Shown here: piece after piece, positions 7,052 through 18,303 of the stretch
Numbering within the stretch: position 1 is the stretch's first letter
How the letters are laid out: every line of letters starts with the position of its first letter
Assembly: GCA_934141445.1 (NCBI GenBank)
Contig: CAKPCF010000004.1
Coordinates: forward strand, 15,526 to 79,525
Direction of reading: 5' to 3'
DNA: 64,000 nucleotides
Source of the DNA: an uncultured Clostridia bacterium
GTDB lineage: Bacteria > Bacillota > Clostridia > TANB77 > CAG-508
The notes under the pieces: generated by a model
The model's input: the letters and a program-made list of their open reading frames with translations, nothing else
What the model was told of the DNA's origin: nothing
Database searches by the model: none
Position numbers and translations under genes: made by a program

Positions 7052-9103
7052 TTATTTTTCCTTAATAATATTTTTACTACAAATATAAGTTACTAAGAAA
7101 TATCCACCATATATTGCTATTATAAATACTGCTGTTACAATTATTGATTGTAATAGCTTTTCATTACCAAAAGCACTTAATATGAAATTGCACAATTTTA
7201 TACCAAATATAGAATGAATAATTGCCACTAGAAGAGGAAACATAAAGAATATTCCTATTTGTCTAAATAATGCTTTATTTATCATTTTTTCATCTACACC
7301 AATTTTTCTTAACATTTTAAACTTTTCTACATTATCACTAGATTCAGATAATTCTTTAAGTGCTAAAATTGCTGCACAAGATATTAAGAAAATAATTCCT
7401 AAATAAAGTCCTATAAATGTTGCCATACCACCTAAACCCAAACTTGCTTCTGCAATATATGTTCTTGTTCTAGCTTCTAATGTAGTACTACTTACATATT
7501 CTTCTTTATCTATTGCCTGTATCTTGGCATCAATTTTCCTTTTTTGTTCAGTGTTATTAGCTTTATAATTAGCAATCATTATTTCGTTTTCTTTTTTCAA
7601 TCCAACAATTGCGTCATCAGGAACAACAAAAAATCCAAAATTTGCATAACTAGCATTCATGCTATAAAAGCCATTTTTACAACTTGAATACTTTGGACTA
7701 TATTCTTTATTATTTATTGTTATTTTTGTTCCTAATTTTAAACCTTCATCTCTTATTTCACTCCATTCTTTATAATTAGAAACTATAATATATTCATCAT
7801 TGTCTAAAGAATATTCTTCCAAGTTAAATATTTTTGCTATTTTATTATAATCGCTTATTCTTATTAAAGTTTCTACACTATCATACATTAAAAATGGATA
7901 TTTTTCTTTAGATATTTCGTAATAGTCTCCTAAAGTATCTCTTACCTTTAAATCACTTTGTACATAAATATTAAATTTTACTATATCTTTAAGATTTTCA
8001 TTTATATCAAATTTTAATTTATCTAAAGTTTCTTCCAAACCAATTTTCGAATCTTTTTTCTCTTGCTCAGAATATTTACTATTATCATCTGGGATATTTG
8101 ATTTTTTAGTGAATTCTATATCAGCTGGTGCCAATGTATTCAAATTGTTAGTCATAGAGTTTTTTAATGATAAAGCACTTGATAATACACATATTGTTAT
8201 AAAAAGCATAAGACATATTACAGTCATAGAAAAAGCCATTGTATTTATCTTGCTTGAAAACTGCCTTAAAGTAAAACTATTTAATCCTTTATAATATGTG
8301 TTTTTCATACTCATAAATATTTTTAGCAATAATCCAGATAAAGACCAAAAAATCAAAAATGTTGATATAGCTCCTATAGCAATAGGAATAAAAATATTAT
8401 TTGCATTTGATAATTTATCAATTCCACCAGTAACTTGATAATATGCATATCCTAAAGCTATACAAGAGGCAATAAATATGATTGTACATAGCCAAGGATT
8501 TTTTAATTTTATTTGTTCTGATTTTTTACTAGAATGTAATAAATCAATCAACTTGCATTTACTGATATTTATTGTATTAAATATCATAACAATAAAATAC
8601 ATAATACCAAAATATATTAAAGTCTTTATACATGCTGTTTTAGAAAATATAAATTGAAACTTTGTTAAATCTGCTTCAAACATATTTGCAACTAATATAC
8701 TCATTAGTTGTGACAATAAAAATCCCACACCTAAGCCAACTACTAATGACATAATTCCTATTATCAGAGTTTCAAAAAATAATATCAATGATATTTTTCT
8801 TTTACTCATTCCAAGTGTTAGATATATGCCAAATTCTTTATTTCTTCTTTTTATTAAAAACCTACTTGCATATATAATTAAAAATGCAAGTATAAATGAT
8901 ACAAACACACTAATATCAGATAGTATATTTGTCATAAGTTTTATTATCTCATATGTAGAAGAGGATACATTCATCATAACTGTTTGATCGTCTATTGCAT
9001 TAAATATATAAAAAATTGCAACACCAAGTATTAGAGTAAAAAAATAGATGGCATAATCTTTTATACTCTTACTTATGTTTTTTAATGACAATTTAAAGAG
9101 CAT
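7052..9103 (-). CDS. BceB-type ABC transporter permease (FtsX-like, 10 TM with a large extracellular domain)
   Basis: 683 aa with two FtsX-type 4-TM bundles flanking an extracellular domain of about 200 aa. It overlaps the upstream ATPase gene. Confidence 0.8.
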   Translation of the reverse strand: MLFKLSLKNISKSIKDYAIYFFTLILGVAIFYIFNAIDDQTVMMNVSSSTYEIIKLMTNILSDISVFVSFILAFLIIYASRFLIKRRNKEFGIYLTLGMSKRKISLILFFETLIIGIMSLVVGLGVGFLLSQLMSILVANMFEADLTKFQFIFSKTACIKTLIYFGIMYFIVMIFNTINISKCKLIDLLHSSKKSEQIKLKNPWLCTIIFIASCIALGYAYYQVTGGIDKLSNANNIFIPIAIGAISTFLIFWSLSGLLLKIFMSMKNTYYKGLNSFTLRQFSSKINTMAFSMTVICLMLFITICVLSSALSLKNSMTNNLNTLAPADIEFTKKSNIPDDNSKYSEQEKKDSKIGLEETLDKLKFDINENLKDIVKFNIYVQSDLKVRDTLGDYYEISKEKYPFLMYDSVETLIRISDYNKIAKIFNLEEYSLDNDEYIIVSNYKEWSEIRDEGLKLGTKITINNKEYSPKYSSCKNGFYSMNASYANFGFFVVPDDAIVGLKKENEIMIANYKANNTEQKRKIDAKIQAIDKEEYVSSTTLEARTRTYIAEASLGLGGMATFIGLYLGIIFLISCAAILALKELSESSDNVEKFKMLRKIGVDEKMINKALFRQIGIFFMFPLLVAIIHSIFGIKLCNFILSAFGNEKLLQSIIVTAVFIIAIYGGYFLVTYICSKNIIKEK

Positions 9104-9860
9104 CGTTTAAATCACCACCAAGCAATGTTACAACATCAATTATTTTATCAAAAAACTTTTTTCGTGAATCTGTACCCTTATTTATTTCGTTAAAAATTTT
9201 GCCATCCTTGATAAAAATAACTCTTGTTGCATAACTTGCAGTAAACGCATCATGTGTTACCATCAAAATAGTTGCTTGAATATCTTTATTCAAATATTCA
9301 AACTTTTCTAAAAGCATCTTAGCTGACTTTGAATCTAATGCTCCTGTTGGCTCATCTGCAAGAATCAATTTAGGATTTGTAATAATTGCTCTTGCACTTG
9401 CAATTCTTTGCTTTTGACCTCCACTCATTTGATATGGGTATTTATCCAATACTCCACTAATGTCAAGTTCTTTTGCTACTTTTTTTATTTTCATATCTAT
9501 TTCTTTCGCAGGAACATTCTGAATAGAAAGTGCCAAAGCAATATTTTCATAAGCTGTTAGAGTGTCTAGTAAATTGAAATCTTGAAATATGAATCCAAGT
9601 TCCTCTCTTCTGAATTTATTCAAACTATTTCCTCTTAGTTTGGTAATATCACTACCAGCTACATAAATATGACCAGAAGTTACTTTATCAATTGTAGATA
9701 TACAATTTAAAAGTGTAGTTTTGCCAGAGCCACTAGCTCCCATTATAGCAACAAATTCTCCTTTATCAACATTAAAAGATATATTGTCAATAGCTTTTGT
9801 AAGGCTAGATTTATTGCCATAATATTTTTCAATTTTATCGATTTTTAAAATATTTTCCAT
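9093..9860 (-). CDS. ABC transporter ATP-binding protein (BceA/MacB-type)
   Basis: Walker A GASGSGKTT, signature SGGQKQR, Walker B LILADEPT. Confidence 0.9.
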   Translation of the reverse strand: MENILKIDKIEKYYGNKSSLTKAIDNISFNVDKGEFVAIMGASGSGKTTLLNCISTIDKVTSGHIYVAGSDITKLRGNSLNKFRREELGFIFQDFNLLDTLTAYENIALALSIQNVPAKEIDMKIKKVAKELDISGVLDKYPYQMSGGQKQRIASARAIITNPKLILADEPTGALDSKSAKMLLEKFEYLNKDIQATILMVTHDAFTASYATRVIFIKDGKIFNEINKGTDSRKKFFDKIIDVVTLLGGDLNDAL

Positions 9861-9951
9861 AATCTTTCTCCTTTCTTTCTACATTGTAGTACGAAAGATA
9901 AGATTCGTCGTTATTCTAATATTACAGAACATTACAATTTTGTAATGTTGG

Positions 9952-10971
9952 CTAATCATCAAATTTATAAAAATTGTTTTTAGAAAAAATAATTGTAATT
10001 TTGGTATAATCATGTACTTTAGATTCAATAGTTATCTTATGTCCTAATTTGTCACACAATTTCTTTGCAATATAAAGTCCCATACCAGTTGATTTTGCTT
10101 TTGCTCTACCATTTTCGCCTGTAAATGATTTTTCAAAAACTCTTGTTATATCACTTTCTGGAATTCCTATACCATTATCATAAATAGTCAAATATATTTT
10201 CTCTTTATCCTCTTCTGATTTTATTTTTATACAAGATTCAGTATCATCTCTTTTATATTTGATACTGTTATTTATAATTTGATTTAATATAAATTCTAAC
10301 CACTTTGCATCTGTTAAAACTAGCTTACTTTGAATATCTACATCTAGTCTAACATTATTTTCCAATAAATCATCTTTATTTCGTAAAGCTACATTTTTTA
10401 TAATTTCTTGTAAATCTTTTTCTTTAATAATATAGTCTTTTTCAACATTTTCACTTCGTACAAAATATAAAATTTGGTCTACGTAATTATCTAATTTTCT
10501 GATTTGCTCTATATATCTTTTATCAATTTGATTCTGCATATTATGATTCAGTAATGTTAAACTCGCTATTGGGATTTTTACTTCATGTATCCACATTTCT
10601 ACATATTCTTTAAAATCTGTAATGCTTAAACTGTACTCTTTTACATTTTCAATCATAGATTTATTTATGTCATAAAGAATCTTATAAAATAGCTCTCCTT
10701 CATAAAAATCAGGCTTATTTAGCATTTCTAAAATTAAATATTTTTTATCTAAATTATCTAAAGTTTCAAATAGCTTTTTATAAAATCTGTGCTTTCTAAA
10801 ATAGTCAAAGCCAATATTAAATAATACAACTATAAAAAATATAATTGTTATTGCAATTTTTAGTTCATTTCCTACTTTAAAAGCATTTAAAATAAGAATT
10901 GTAATTATAAAACCAATAAATGATACAATTATCTGTGGAGCTTTATCTAATAAATATTTTTTGAGATTCAT
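9952..10971 (-). CDS. Sensor histidine kinase (intramembrane-sensing BceS-like)
   Basis: Two N-terminal TM helices with almost no extracellular loop, H-box WIHEVKIP, and an ATPase region (YDNGIGI, TGMGLYI). Confidence 0.85.
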   Translation of the reverse strand: MNLKKYLLDKAPQIIVSFIGFIITILILNAFKVGNELKIAITIIFFIVVLFNIGFDYFRKHRFYKKLFETLDNLDKKYLILEMLNKPDFYEGELFYKILYDINKSMIENVKEYSLSITDFKEYVEMWIHEVKIPIASLTLLNHNMQNQIDKRYIEQIRKLDNYVDQILYFVRSENVEKDYIIKEKDLQEIIKNVALRNKDDLLENNVRLDVDIQSKLVLTDAKWLEFILNQIINNSIKYKRDDTESCIKIKSEEDKEKIYLTIYDNGIGIPESDITRVFEKSFTGENGRAKAKSTGMGLYIAKKLCDKLGHKITIESKVHDYTKITIIFSKNNFYKFDD

Positions 10972-11630
10972 AGTAATTTATAACCTTGTCCTTTTCTAGT
11001 TTCTATTTTATTCTCAATTCCAAAATCTTGTAACTTACTTCTTAATCTACTAATGTTTACTGTTAAAGCATTATCATTTATAAACTCATTATTATTCCAT
11101 AAATCAGTCATTAAATCATCACGAGTTACTATTCTTCCACGATTACTTAAAAGATATGTAAAGATAATCATTTCATTTTTAGTTAGCTCCAACATTTTGC
11201 CATTTCTCTCTAAAATACCTTTTTTAGGATTAACAACTATGTCATCATAAAATAAATCATCTCTATTATTTTCCATTCTTTTGAAAATATTTTGAATTCT
11301 TAGTAATAATATCGTTGGATTATATGGCTTGGTAATGTAATCATCTGCTCCATAAGATATAGACAAGACTTCGTCCACTTCTCCTGCTCTACTTGTAACC
11401 ATAATAATCGGAACATTTGACTCTTTTCTGATTTCTTTTAATAATATTTCTCCATTTATATTTGGCAAATTTATATCAAGTAAAATTAAATCTGCTTTAA
11501 TATTTTTTATGTACTCTTTAGTATTATCAAATTTTTCTAGTGTTAATACTTCATATCCAGAGTTTTCTAATAATGTTTTTAATTCACTTCTTATAATTTC
11601 TTCATCTTCTATAATCAATATCTTTTTCAT
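10968..11630 (-). CDS. OmpR-family response regulator (BceR-like)
   Basis: Receiver domain (ILIIEDE, LILLDINLP) plus a winged-helix C-terminus (RKGQGYKL). It overlaps the kinase start by 4 nt. Confidence 0.9.
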   Translation of the reverse strand: MKKILIIEDEEIIRSELKTLLENSGYEVLTLEKFDNTKEYIKNIKADLILLDINLPNINGEILLKEIRKESNVPIIMVTSRAGEVDEVLSISYGADDYITKPYNPTILLLRIQNIFKRMENNRDDLFYDDIVVNPKKGILERNGKMLELTKNEMIIFTYLLSNRGRIVTRDDLMTDLWNNNEFINDNALTVNISRLRSKLQDFGIENKIETRKGQGYKLL

Positions 11631-11658
11631 ATATTGTTAGTCCTTCCATATTACAAAC

Positions 11659-12177
11659 TTATAAATACTGAACAAATTCTTCTATAGCTTTTCTTGAAAA
11701 ATGTAAATTTTTATTAGGCTCGCAATCTTCTGACATATAACCAATTGGCATCATAAAAATTGGTTTTATATTTTCAGGTAATTCCAAAACATTTTTTATA
11801 TCATCTTGCTTAAATGCTCTTACCCAACATGAACCAATTCCTAAATCCCATGCTTTTAACATTGCATATGTGCCTATAATACTTAAATCCATTTCAGCAG
11901 TATTATATTTTCCCTCTCTTTTGTTATTCCAAACAATATCCATATCACAACAAAAAAGCAAAATAATTGGTGCATCAAAAGTCATTCTACAAACTGATTT
12001 GATTTTTTCTTTATATTCTTCACTTTTTATTACATAAATTTTTTGCGGTTGTAAGTTGCACGCTGTTGGTGCTAATCTAACCATTTTCATTATTTCATCG
12101 ATTTTTTCTTGTTCAATTTCTTTGTTTGAGAAACTTCTAACTGAAAATCTTTCCCTTATTATTTCATCAATATTCAT
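11659..12177 (-). CDS. Nitroreductase-family protein
   Basis: RFSVRSF..., APTACNLQP. The 172-aa length is typical. Confidence 0.8.
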   Translation of the reverse strand: MNIDEIIRERFSVRSFSNKEIEQEKIDEIMKMVRLAPTACNLQPQKIYVIKSEEYKEKIKSVCRMTFDAPIILLFCCDMDIVWNNKREGKYNTAEMDLSIIGTYAMLKAWDLGIGSCWVRAFKQDDIKNVLELPENIKPIFMMPIGYMSEDCEPNKNLHFSRKAIEEFVQYL

Positions 12178-12188
12178 TAAAATACCTC

Positions 12189-13235
12189 CTAATTATTTTC
12201 AATTTGATTTGTTTCACTTAATAGCCTATCAAAATCTGATACATAATTTTTATCCTGTATAACTTTATATTTTTCATATTCGTTCTCCGCTTTTTCAACT
12301 GCTTGTTTATGTGAAATCTTACCTTTTCCATCTAAAACTTCATAATGGAAAACCTTCAAAGCATTTTCTACTTCATTTTTCCAATCTTCCATATACATAG
12401 TTATATTTCTTTCTGCATTATTTTCAGCAATATCCAAAAATAAGTTTACTAAATTATTCAAATTTTTCATTTCTTTTTCATCTAAATAATTTTTGGCAAC
12501 GATTACATCAGATTTTAATATTTTTCCATCTGGTGAGTTTTCCCAAGTAGTAAGTCCCATATGCTTTTTTTGAGAATCTGCTCTGTTATAAACTATTTCA
12601 GCAGCTGTATTTCCTGTAATTGCAAAATGAAACTTATTTTGAATGGTTTTATAAAAAATTATTGCAGTATCACTATTTTTATCATAATCAATAGAACATT
12701 CAGCAAATATATCAGTAATTTTTTGATAAAACATTCTCTCACTTGTACGAATTAACTTAATTCTTTCAAGTAATCTTTTAAAATACTCTTGATCAGATTT
12801 TTTTGCTTTTAAAAATCTTTCATCATTTAAAGCAAAACCTTGAACCATATAATCTTTAATTATTTTATTTGCCCAAGTTCTAAACTTTATTGCTTTTTTA
12901 GAGTTAACTCTAAAACCTATTGAGATAATCATATCAAGATTATAATATGGATAAATTCTTTTAACCTCACGAGTTCCTTCTATTTGAACTTGTGCAATTT
13001 TTGCACAAGTTGTATTTGCATCCAACTCTTCATCCTTATAAATATTGTTAATATGTCTTACAATTCCACTTCTGTCAATATTAAAAAGTGTTGCTAATGC
13101 TTCAGTATTTAACCATACATCTTCATTTTCTAATAGAACTTCTACTTTTGTATTGCCTTCTTCATCACTATAAAATAAAATGTTTTTCTCATTTCCAATT
13201 GATTTGTTATCCAATGCTTGTCCCTCCTTTTTCAA
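12189..13235 (-). CDS. RhuM-family protein
   Basis: The N-terminal FYSDEEGNTKVEVLLENEDVWLN and YNLDMIISIGFRVNSKKAIKFRTWA are the characteristic RhuM pattern. Confidence 0.8.
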   Translation of the reverse strand: MKKEGQALDNKSIGNEKNILFYSDEEGNTKVEVLLENEDVWLNTEALATLFNIDRSGIVRHINNIYKDEELDANTTCAKIAQVQIEGTREVKRIYPYYNLDMIISIGFRVNSKKAIKFRTWANKIIKDYMVQGFALNDERFLKAKKSDQEYFKRLLERIKLIRTSERMFYQKITDIFAECSIDYDKNSDTAIIFYKTIQNKFHFAITGNTAAEIVYNRADSQKKHMGLTTWENSPDGKILKSDVIVAKNYLDEKEMKNLNNLVNLFLDIAENNAERNITMYMEDWKNEVENALKVFHYEVLDGKGKISHKQAVEKAENEYEKYKVIQDKNYVSDFDRLLSETNQIENN

Positions 13236-13422
13236 ATATTTTCAGTTAATTTATACTATAACATTTATTTCGATTTGCTTCTTTTTGAATTGCCAAGAAT
13301 TCCTTGACAGTTCAATTTATGTCTATTTTTTTCATTCACGAACATCTGTATTGTATCACACATATATAAAAGATTCAATCTTTTATAGTTAATTTGGTAA
13401 CTTGTTTTTATAATATTAAAAT

Positions 13423-13465
13423 AAAAAGAGTTAGTACAATATCCTATATACTAACTCTTTTTATT
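13423..13465 (-). terminator. Bidirectional hairpin terminator downstream of secA
   Basis: AGAGTTAGTA (13427-13436) pairs with TACTAACTCT (13449-13458), flanked by an A-run and a T-run. Confidence 0.65.
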
Positions 13466-13556
13466 TATTATACAATGTTTAAAGTTGACAATTCGTTGAC
13501 AAATTGATAATTTATATAAATTATGTTAAGCAGTAAAATCTATGTAGCCATTGCTA

Positions 13557-16337
13557 TTATTGATTTCTTCCACAACAGTTCTTATACTTCTTACCACTTC
13601 CACAAGGGCATGGGTCGTTTCTACCAACTTTTGGTCCATCATTTTTTATTTGTTGTGCTTTTTCATTTGAAGATTTGTTTGGAACTGTTTCACCTTCAAT
13701 ATTCATACCATCTATTGCACTTCTATCCATTGATGCAGATGTTATACTAACAGCACTCTTTCTTTCTGCAGTTTTTTCTTGTTTTCTAACATGTAACATG
13801 ATTTTTGCAACTTCAAGTTTGATTTGAGCAATCATCTCATCAAACATTTCGCCACCTTCGATTCTATATTGAACAACAGGATCTTTTTGACCATAAGCTC
13901 TTAAGCCTATACCATTTTTTAATTCATCCATATTATCAATATGATCCATCCATTTGTTATCTACAACTTTCAATAAAACAACTCTTTCAAGTTCTCTTAT
14001 TGGTTCGCCAATGCTTGCTTCTTTTTGCTCATAAGCAGCTAATACTTTTTCTTGTAATTCTTCAAGTAACTCTTTTACATGTATTTTTTCTTCTTTTAAA
14101 GCGTCAACATCTGTAATAACAAAGTTTGCAAATATTTCATTTGCTAAAGTTTCTCTATTGATTGAATTATCTTCAATTTCTGGTCTATATGTTTCTACAA
14201 ACATTTCAACTGATTCATTAAGCATTGATATAATGTTATCACGAATATTTTCACCATCTAAAACTTTTCTTCTTTCAGAATAAATTATATCTCTTTGAAC
14301 ATTCATTACATCATCATAGCTTAAAATATGTTTACGAATTGAGAAGTTTCTACCTTCAACTTTACTTTGTGCAGTTTCAATTGTTTTTGCAACTAATTTG
14401 ACTTCAATAGGTAAATCTTCTGGTAAATTTCCTCTTTCAAAAATATTTGTGATCATATCACCACCAAATATTTTTAATAAATTATCATCAAGTGCAAGAT
14501 AAAATCTAGTTTCACCTGGATCTCCTTGACGACCACTACGTCCTCTTAACTGATTATCAATTCTTCTTGACTCATGACGTTCTGTACCTATGATTTTTAA
14601 GCCACCTGCTTCGATTACTTTCTCTTTTTCTTCTTTTATTTCTTTATCGTATTTTTCTTCTAGTTCTTTAAATTTCTTTCTTGCTTCTAATATTTCTTCA
14701 TCTTTTGTTTCATTAAAAGCTGTTGCTTGAACAATAAGTTCTTCACTATATTTTAGCTTTCTCATTTCTTGTTTAGCCAAATATTCACTGTTTCCACCAA
14801 GCATAATATCAGTACCACGGCCTGCCATATTGGTTGCAATAGTAATTGCATTAAATTTACCAGCTTGTGCAATGATTTCAGCTTCTTTTTCATGATTTTT
14901 AGCATTTAAAACTTCGTGTTTTAAGCCTTCTTTATCTAATAATTTACTTAATTTTTCAGATTTATCAATTGAAACAGTACCAACTAATATTGGTTGACCT
15001 TTGCTATGTGCTTCTTTTATATCAGCTATAATTGCTCTATATTTAGCTGCTTCATTTTTATAAATAATATCTGTTAAATCTTTTCTAATTAAAGGTTTGT
15101 TTGTAGGTATTTCAATAACATCTAAGTTATAAATTTCTTTAAATTCTGCTTCTTCTGTCATTGCAGTACCTGTCATACCAGAAAGTTTTTCATACATTCT
15201 AAAATAATTTTGATATGTAATAGTAGCTAAAGTTTTTGATTCATCAGCAATTTTAACATTTTCCTTAGCTTCAATTGCTTGATGTAAACCATCACTATAT
15301 CTTCTACCATACATTATACGACCTGTGAACTCATCTACAATTAAAACTTCTCCATCTTTAACAATATAATCAATATCTTTCTTCTTTACACCATGAGCAT
15401 GTAATGCTTGATTTATATTATGAACTAAATCTGAGTTTTCCAAATCGTTTAAATTTTCAACGCCAAAGAATGATTCTGCTTTCTTTGTACCTTTTTGAGT
15501 TAAAGTTGCTGATTTAGCTTTTAAGTCTACTATGTAATCATAATTTTCATTGTCTTCTGCTTGATCAACATCTTTTGCATCTTCTTCAATTATAACTTTT
15601 GGTGTTAGTTTTCTGACAAAAGAATCTGCTTTTTTATATAAATCTGAAGATTTATTTGCTCTTCCTGAAATAATAAGTGGTGTTCTTGCTTCATCTATTA
15701 AAATACTATCTATCTCATCAACAATAGCATAATTCAATCCTCTTTGTACCATATCTTCTTTGCGGATAACCATATTATCTCTTAAATAGTCAAAACCATA
15801 TTCACTATTTGTACCATAAGTTACGTCTGCATTATACGCTTGTCTTTTTGCTACTGGATCCATTCTACTTAGAATTAGGCCAACACTTAATCCTAAAAAT
15901 CTGTATACTTTTCCCATCCAGTCACTATCTCTTTTTGCTAAGTATTCGTTAACAGTAACAACATGTACACCTTTACCTGTTAAAGCATTTAAATAAACTG
16001 GCAATGTAGCAACTAAAGTTTTTCCTTCACCAGTTTTCATTTCTGAAATTCTACCTTGGTGAAGTATAATACCACCTATCAATTGTACATCAAAGTGTCT
16101 CATTCCTAATACTCTTTTTGATGCCTCTCTAACTACTGCAAAAGCTTCTGGTAAAATATCATCTAATGTTTTTCCATTTGCTAATTGTTCTTTAAAATAA
16201 TTTGTTTTATCTGCCAATTCTTTATCTGATAATTTTTCCATTTCTGGTTCTAAACTATTGATTTTTTCTACTATTGGCATTACTCTTTTTACTTCTTTTT
16301 CACTATATGTTCCAAAAATTTTTTTAAATAATCCCAT
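13557..16337 (-). CDS. secA: Preprotein translocase ATPase SecA
   Basis: 926 aa. MKTGEGKTL Walker [18 protein letters not shown], and the C-terminal zinc finger [13 protein letters not shown]. Confidence 0.97.
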   Translation of the reverse strand: MGLFKKIFGTYSEKEVKRVMPIVEKINSLEPEMEKLSDKELADKTNYFKEQLANGKTLDDILPEAFAVVREASKRVLGMRHFDVQLIGGIILHQGRISEMKTGEGKTLVATLPVYLNALTGKGVHVVTVNEYLAKRDSDWMGKVYRFLGLSVGLILSRMDPVAKRQAYNADVTYGTNSEYGFDYLRDNMVIRKEDMVQRGLNYAIVDEIDSILIDEARTPLIISGRANKSSDLYKKADSFVRKLTPKVIIEEDAKDVDQAEDNENYDYIVDLKAKSATLTQKGTKKAESFFGVENLNDLENSDLVHNINQALHAHGVKKKDIDYIVKDGEVLIVDEFTGRIMYGRRYSDGLHQAIEAKENVKIADESKTLATITYQNYFRMYEKLSGMTGTAMTEEAEFKEIYNLDVIEIPTNKPLIRKDLTDIIYKNEAAKYRAIIADIKEAHSKGQPILVGTVSIDKSEKLSKLLDKEGLKHEVLNAKNHEKEAEIIAQAGKFNAITIATNMAGRGTDIMLGGNSEYLAKQEMRKLKYSEELIVQATAFNETKDEEILEARKKFKELEEKYDKEIKEEKEKVIEAGGLKIIGTERHESRRIDNQLRGRSGRQGDPGETRFYLALDDNLLKIFGGDMITNIFERGNLPEDLPIEVKLVAKTIETAQSKVEGRNFSIRKHILSYDDVMNVQRDIIYSERRKVLDGENIRDNIISMLNESVEMFVETYRPEIEDNSINRETLANEIFANFVITDVDALKEEKIHVKELLEELQEKVLAAYEQKEASIGEPIRELERVVLLKVVDNKWMDHIDNMDELKNGIGLRAYGQKDPVVQYRIEGGEMFDEMIAQIKLEVAKIMLHVRKQEKTAERKSAVSITSASMDRSAIDGMNIEGETVPNKSSNEKAQQIKNDGPKVGRNDPCPCGSGKKYKNCCGRNQ

Positions 16338-16435
16338 TTAAAAGCCTCCTAAAGTTATCTGCAAATCCTTTGTAAAATTTGTCTTATAAACTATATCATT
16401 AAATAACGCAAATTGCAAGTTTTAGAAATAATCTT

Positions 16436-17732
16436 TTATCTAAAAGTTATATCTGCTTTATCATATTCTTCTGGTTTTAAACCTAATCTAGTAAGCATAT
16501 ACACGTATAATATAAATGTAAATACTAAAAAGATTATTCCGCCTATTATCATAGATATTTTTATGTCAAAATGATTTAATATTACAGTACCTACTATTCC
16601 AACTAACATTCTCATTAAGTTTGAAACTATTGACTCTGTTGTATATACTTTTGCCAAAGTTTCATCATCTATAAAATTGTTCATATATTGTCTTTTTAAA
16701 ATTTGAGAAATTCCTTTGCACATTCCAACCAAAAAATATGCAAATAAAATTACAGCCAATTTAATAATTAAATGAAGATTAGATAAAGCCACCAAACCAC
16801 ATATTACAAAACTTAGTGAATTCCATACTCCGTATTACAGTCAATGTTTTATTTCTATATTTCCTATTTGTTTCAACTGCAGTTTTAGAAGCAATTCCTA
16901 CAAAGACTTGATATAAAGCATCAAATATTCCTATTACAGTTGCTGACACTCCAATTTGATCAAGTAAATCAACCTTATATGTATTAAACAAGCAAATTAT
17001 TCCCCATAAAAATCCTACTGAAAAAAGTAAAGCTCTTAATCGTTTAGAATTAAATATGAAAGAAAATGATTCTTTTAAATTTTTAATATATTCTTTAAAA
17101 TTGCCTTTAGTTTTTTCCTTTTCATTCTGCTCTTCTAATCTTATATCACTAAAGTTTGCCGAAATAAGAGTAGCAAGTAATGAACAAATAAAACATAATA
17201 TCATTGGTATATATGGATTGATATCATACAAAACTCCTGCTAATATTGATGAAACAGCTGCTACATAACAATACTTTGAGTATCCTTTTGCATTTATGCT
17301 TGAAAATATTTCATTTTTATTTGTACATTCAGGAATTGAATCATTTAATATACATGATTCTGTTATTCCTTTTAAAGCAAAGGCTATTGCTGTTACACAC
17401 TCCTCTATTAAAAATGTTAAAAAATTAGGACAGAATATAACTGTTAATATACATAGTGTATTTATTATATTCCCTATAAGAAGTGATTTACTTTTTCCAA
17501 CTTTATCTACAAAAACTAAAGCTGGTATTTGTACTACTATACTTGTAAAGGCATAGGCAGAACCAGCTAAAACAATTTCAGATACACTAATCCCCTTTAA
17601 TTGTGTTAGAAACAGTACTTGTATTGCATAATAAAAAATAAAATCCAATCCAAGCATATTATAAATTGGAAATATTTTGATATTCAATTTTCTCTTTTTT
17701 CTCTCTTCAACATCTTTTTCTTTTGTTTTCAT
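16436..17732 (-). pseudogene. MFS transporter interrupted by a single frameshift
   Basis: The 317-aa and 119-aa ORFs are contiguous halves of one polytopic protein. Around 16830 the hydrophobic reading continues in the +1 frame (..YGVWNSLSFVICGLVALSNLHLII..), while the upstream frame ends 17 codons later at the TAA at 16779-16781. The site is not in a homopolymer run. Confidence 0.65.
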
Positions 17733-17831
17733 TTTTATTTCCTATCTTTTATTTAATATAATTTTATATACTATTTTATATCATTTAACTCCAAAAAAGT
17801 AAACTGCTTTTATCACATTTTAACATATTGC

Positions 17832-17887
17832 TCATACACTTTACTAATTTTAATATTAAAAGATGGTTTATATGTTTGTTTTCAATT
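17832..17887 (+). repeat. 56-bp direct repeat, left copy (decayed copy of the RBS and first 5 codons of the 18344 gene)
   Basis: 53/56 identical to 18304-18359 at an offset of 472 nt. The SD is AGATGG here versus AGGTGG in the right copy. The ATG at 17872 opens a 36-codon frame that runs into the island. Confidence 0.9.
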
Positions 17888-17888
17888 A

Positions 17889-17929
17889 TAAAAAAGAAAA
17901 CTCCCACTCAGCCAAGTTGCCAAATGGGA
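17889..17929 (-). terminator. Possible terminator of the 59-aa membrane ORF
   Basis: On the minus strand a short stem UCCCA/UGGGA (17929-17925 / 17906-17902) is followed by GUUUUCUUUUUU. The stem is weak and the U-tract is strong. Confidence 0.4.
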
Positions 17930-17956
17930 TAAAAGAAAAATTCTTTTCGATTGCGC

Positions 17957-18136
17957 TTAGAGAATCCAAGCCACCCAAGTAAGTCCGATAAGCACAATGG
18001 TTGCTAGAAGCAACCACTTTTCGTTCTTGTTACCATTGTAATACTTGCCAAACAGCAAGCCTACAAAGATACCAAAAACGATGCACCATACAAACACCAG
18101 AGTAACGCGGGTAGCAGCAAGATCATTAAAAAGCAT
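17957..18136 (-). CDS. Hypothetical 59-aa two-TM membrane miniprotein, foreign composition
   Basis: Hand translation: MLFNDLAATRVTLVFVWCIVFGIFVGLLFGKYYNGNKNEKWLLLATIVLIGLTWVAWIL. AAGGAG lies 8 nt upstream of the ATG at 18136. Hand count 75/180 = about 42% GC. It is one codon short of the ORF-track cut-off. Confidence 0.55.
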   Translation of the reverse strand: MLFNDLAATRVTLVFVWCIVFGIFVGLLFGKYYNGNKNEKWLLLATIVLIGLTWVAWIL

Positions 18137-18206
18137 TTTACACTCTCCTTCGCTTCGTAGCTTTACTGAAAAAATATGCTATGTGAACCCAATCAAATAT
18201 ATTTAT

Positions 18207-18235
18207 ATTATACCACAGTTTATGTTAACTGTCAA
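18207..18235 (-). promoter_or_regulatory. Sigma-70-type promoter (extended -10) of the 59-aa ORF
   Basis: On the minus strand: TTGACA (18235-18230), 17-nt spacer, TGG-TATAAT (-10 at 18212-18207). Confidence 0.6.
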
Positions 18236-18303
18236 AAAAGTTATTATTTTTCACAAAAGTATGATTGAAAAATAAAAATCTTTATCATAATTTTGTTTCT
18301 TTA

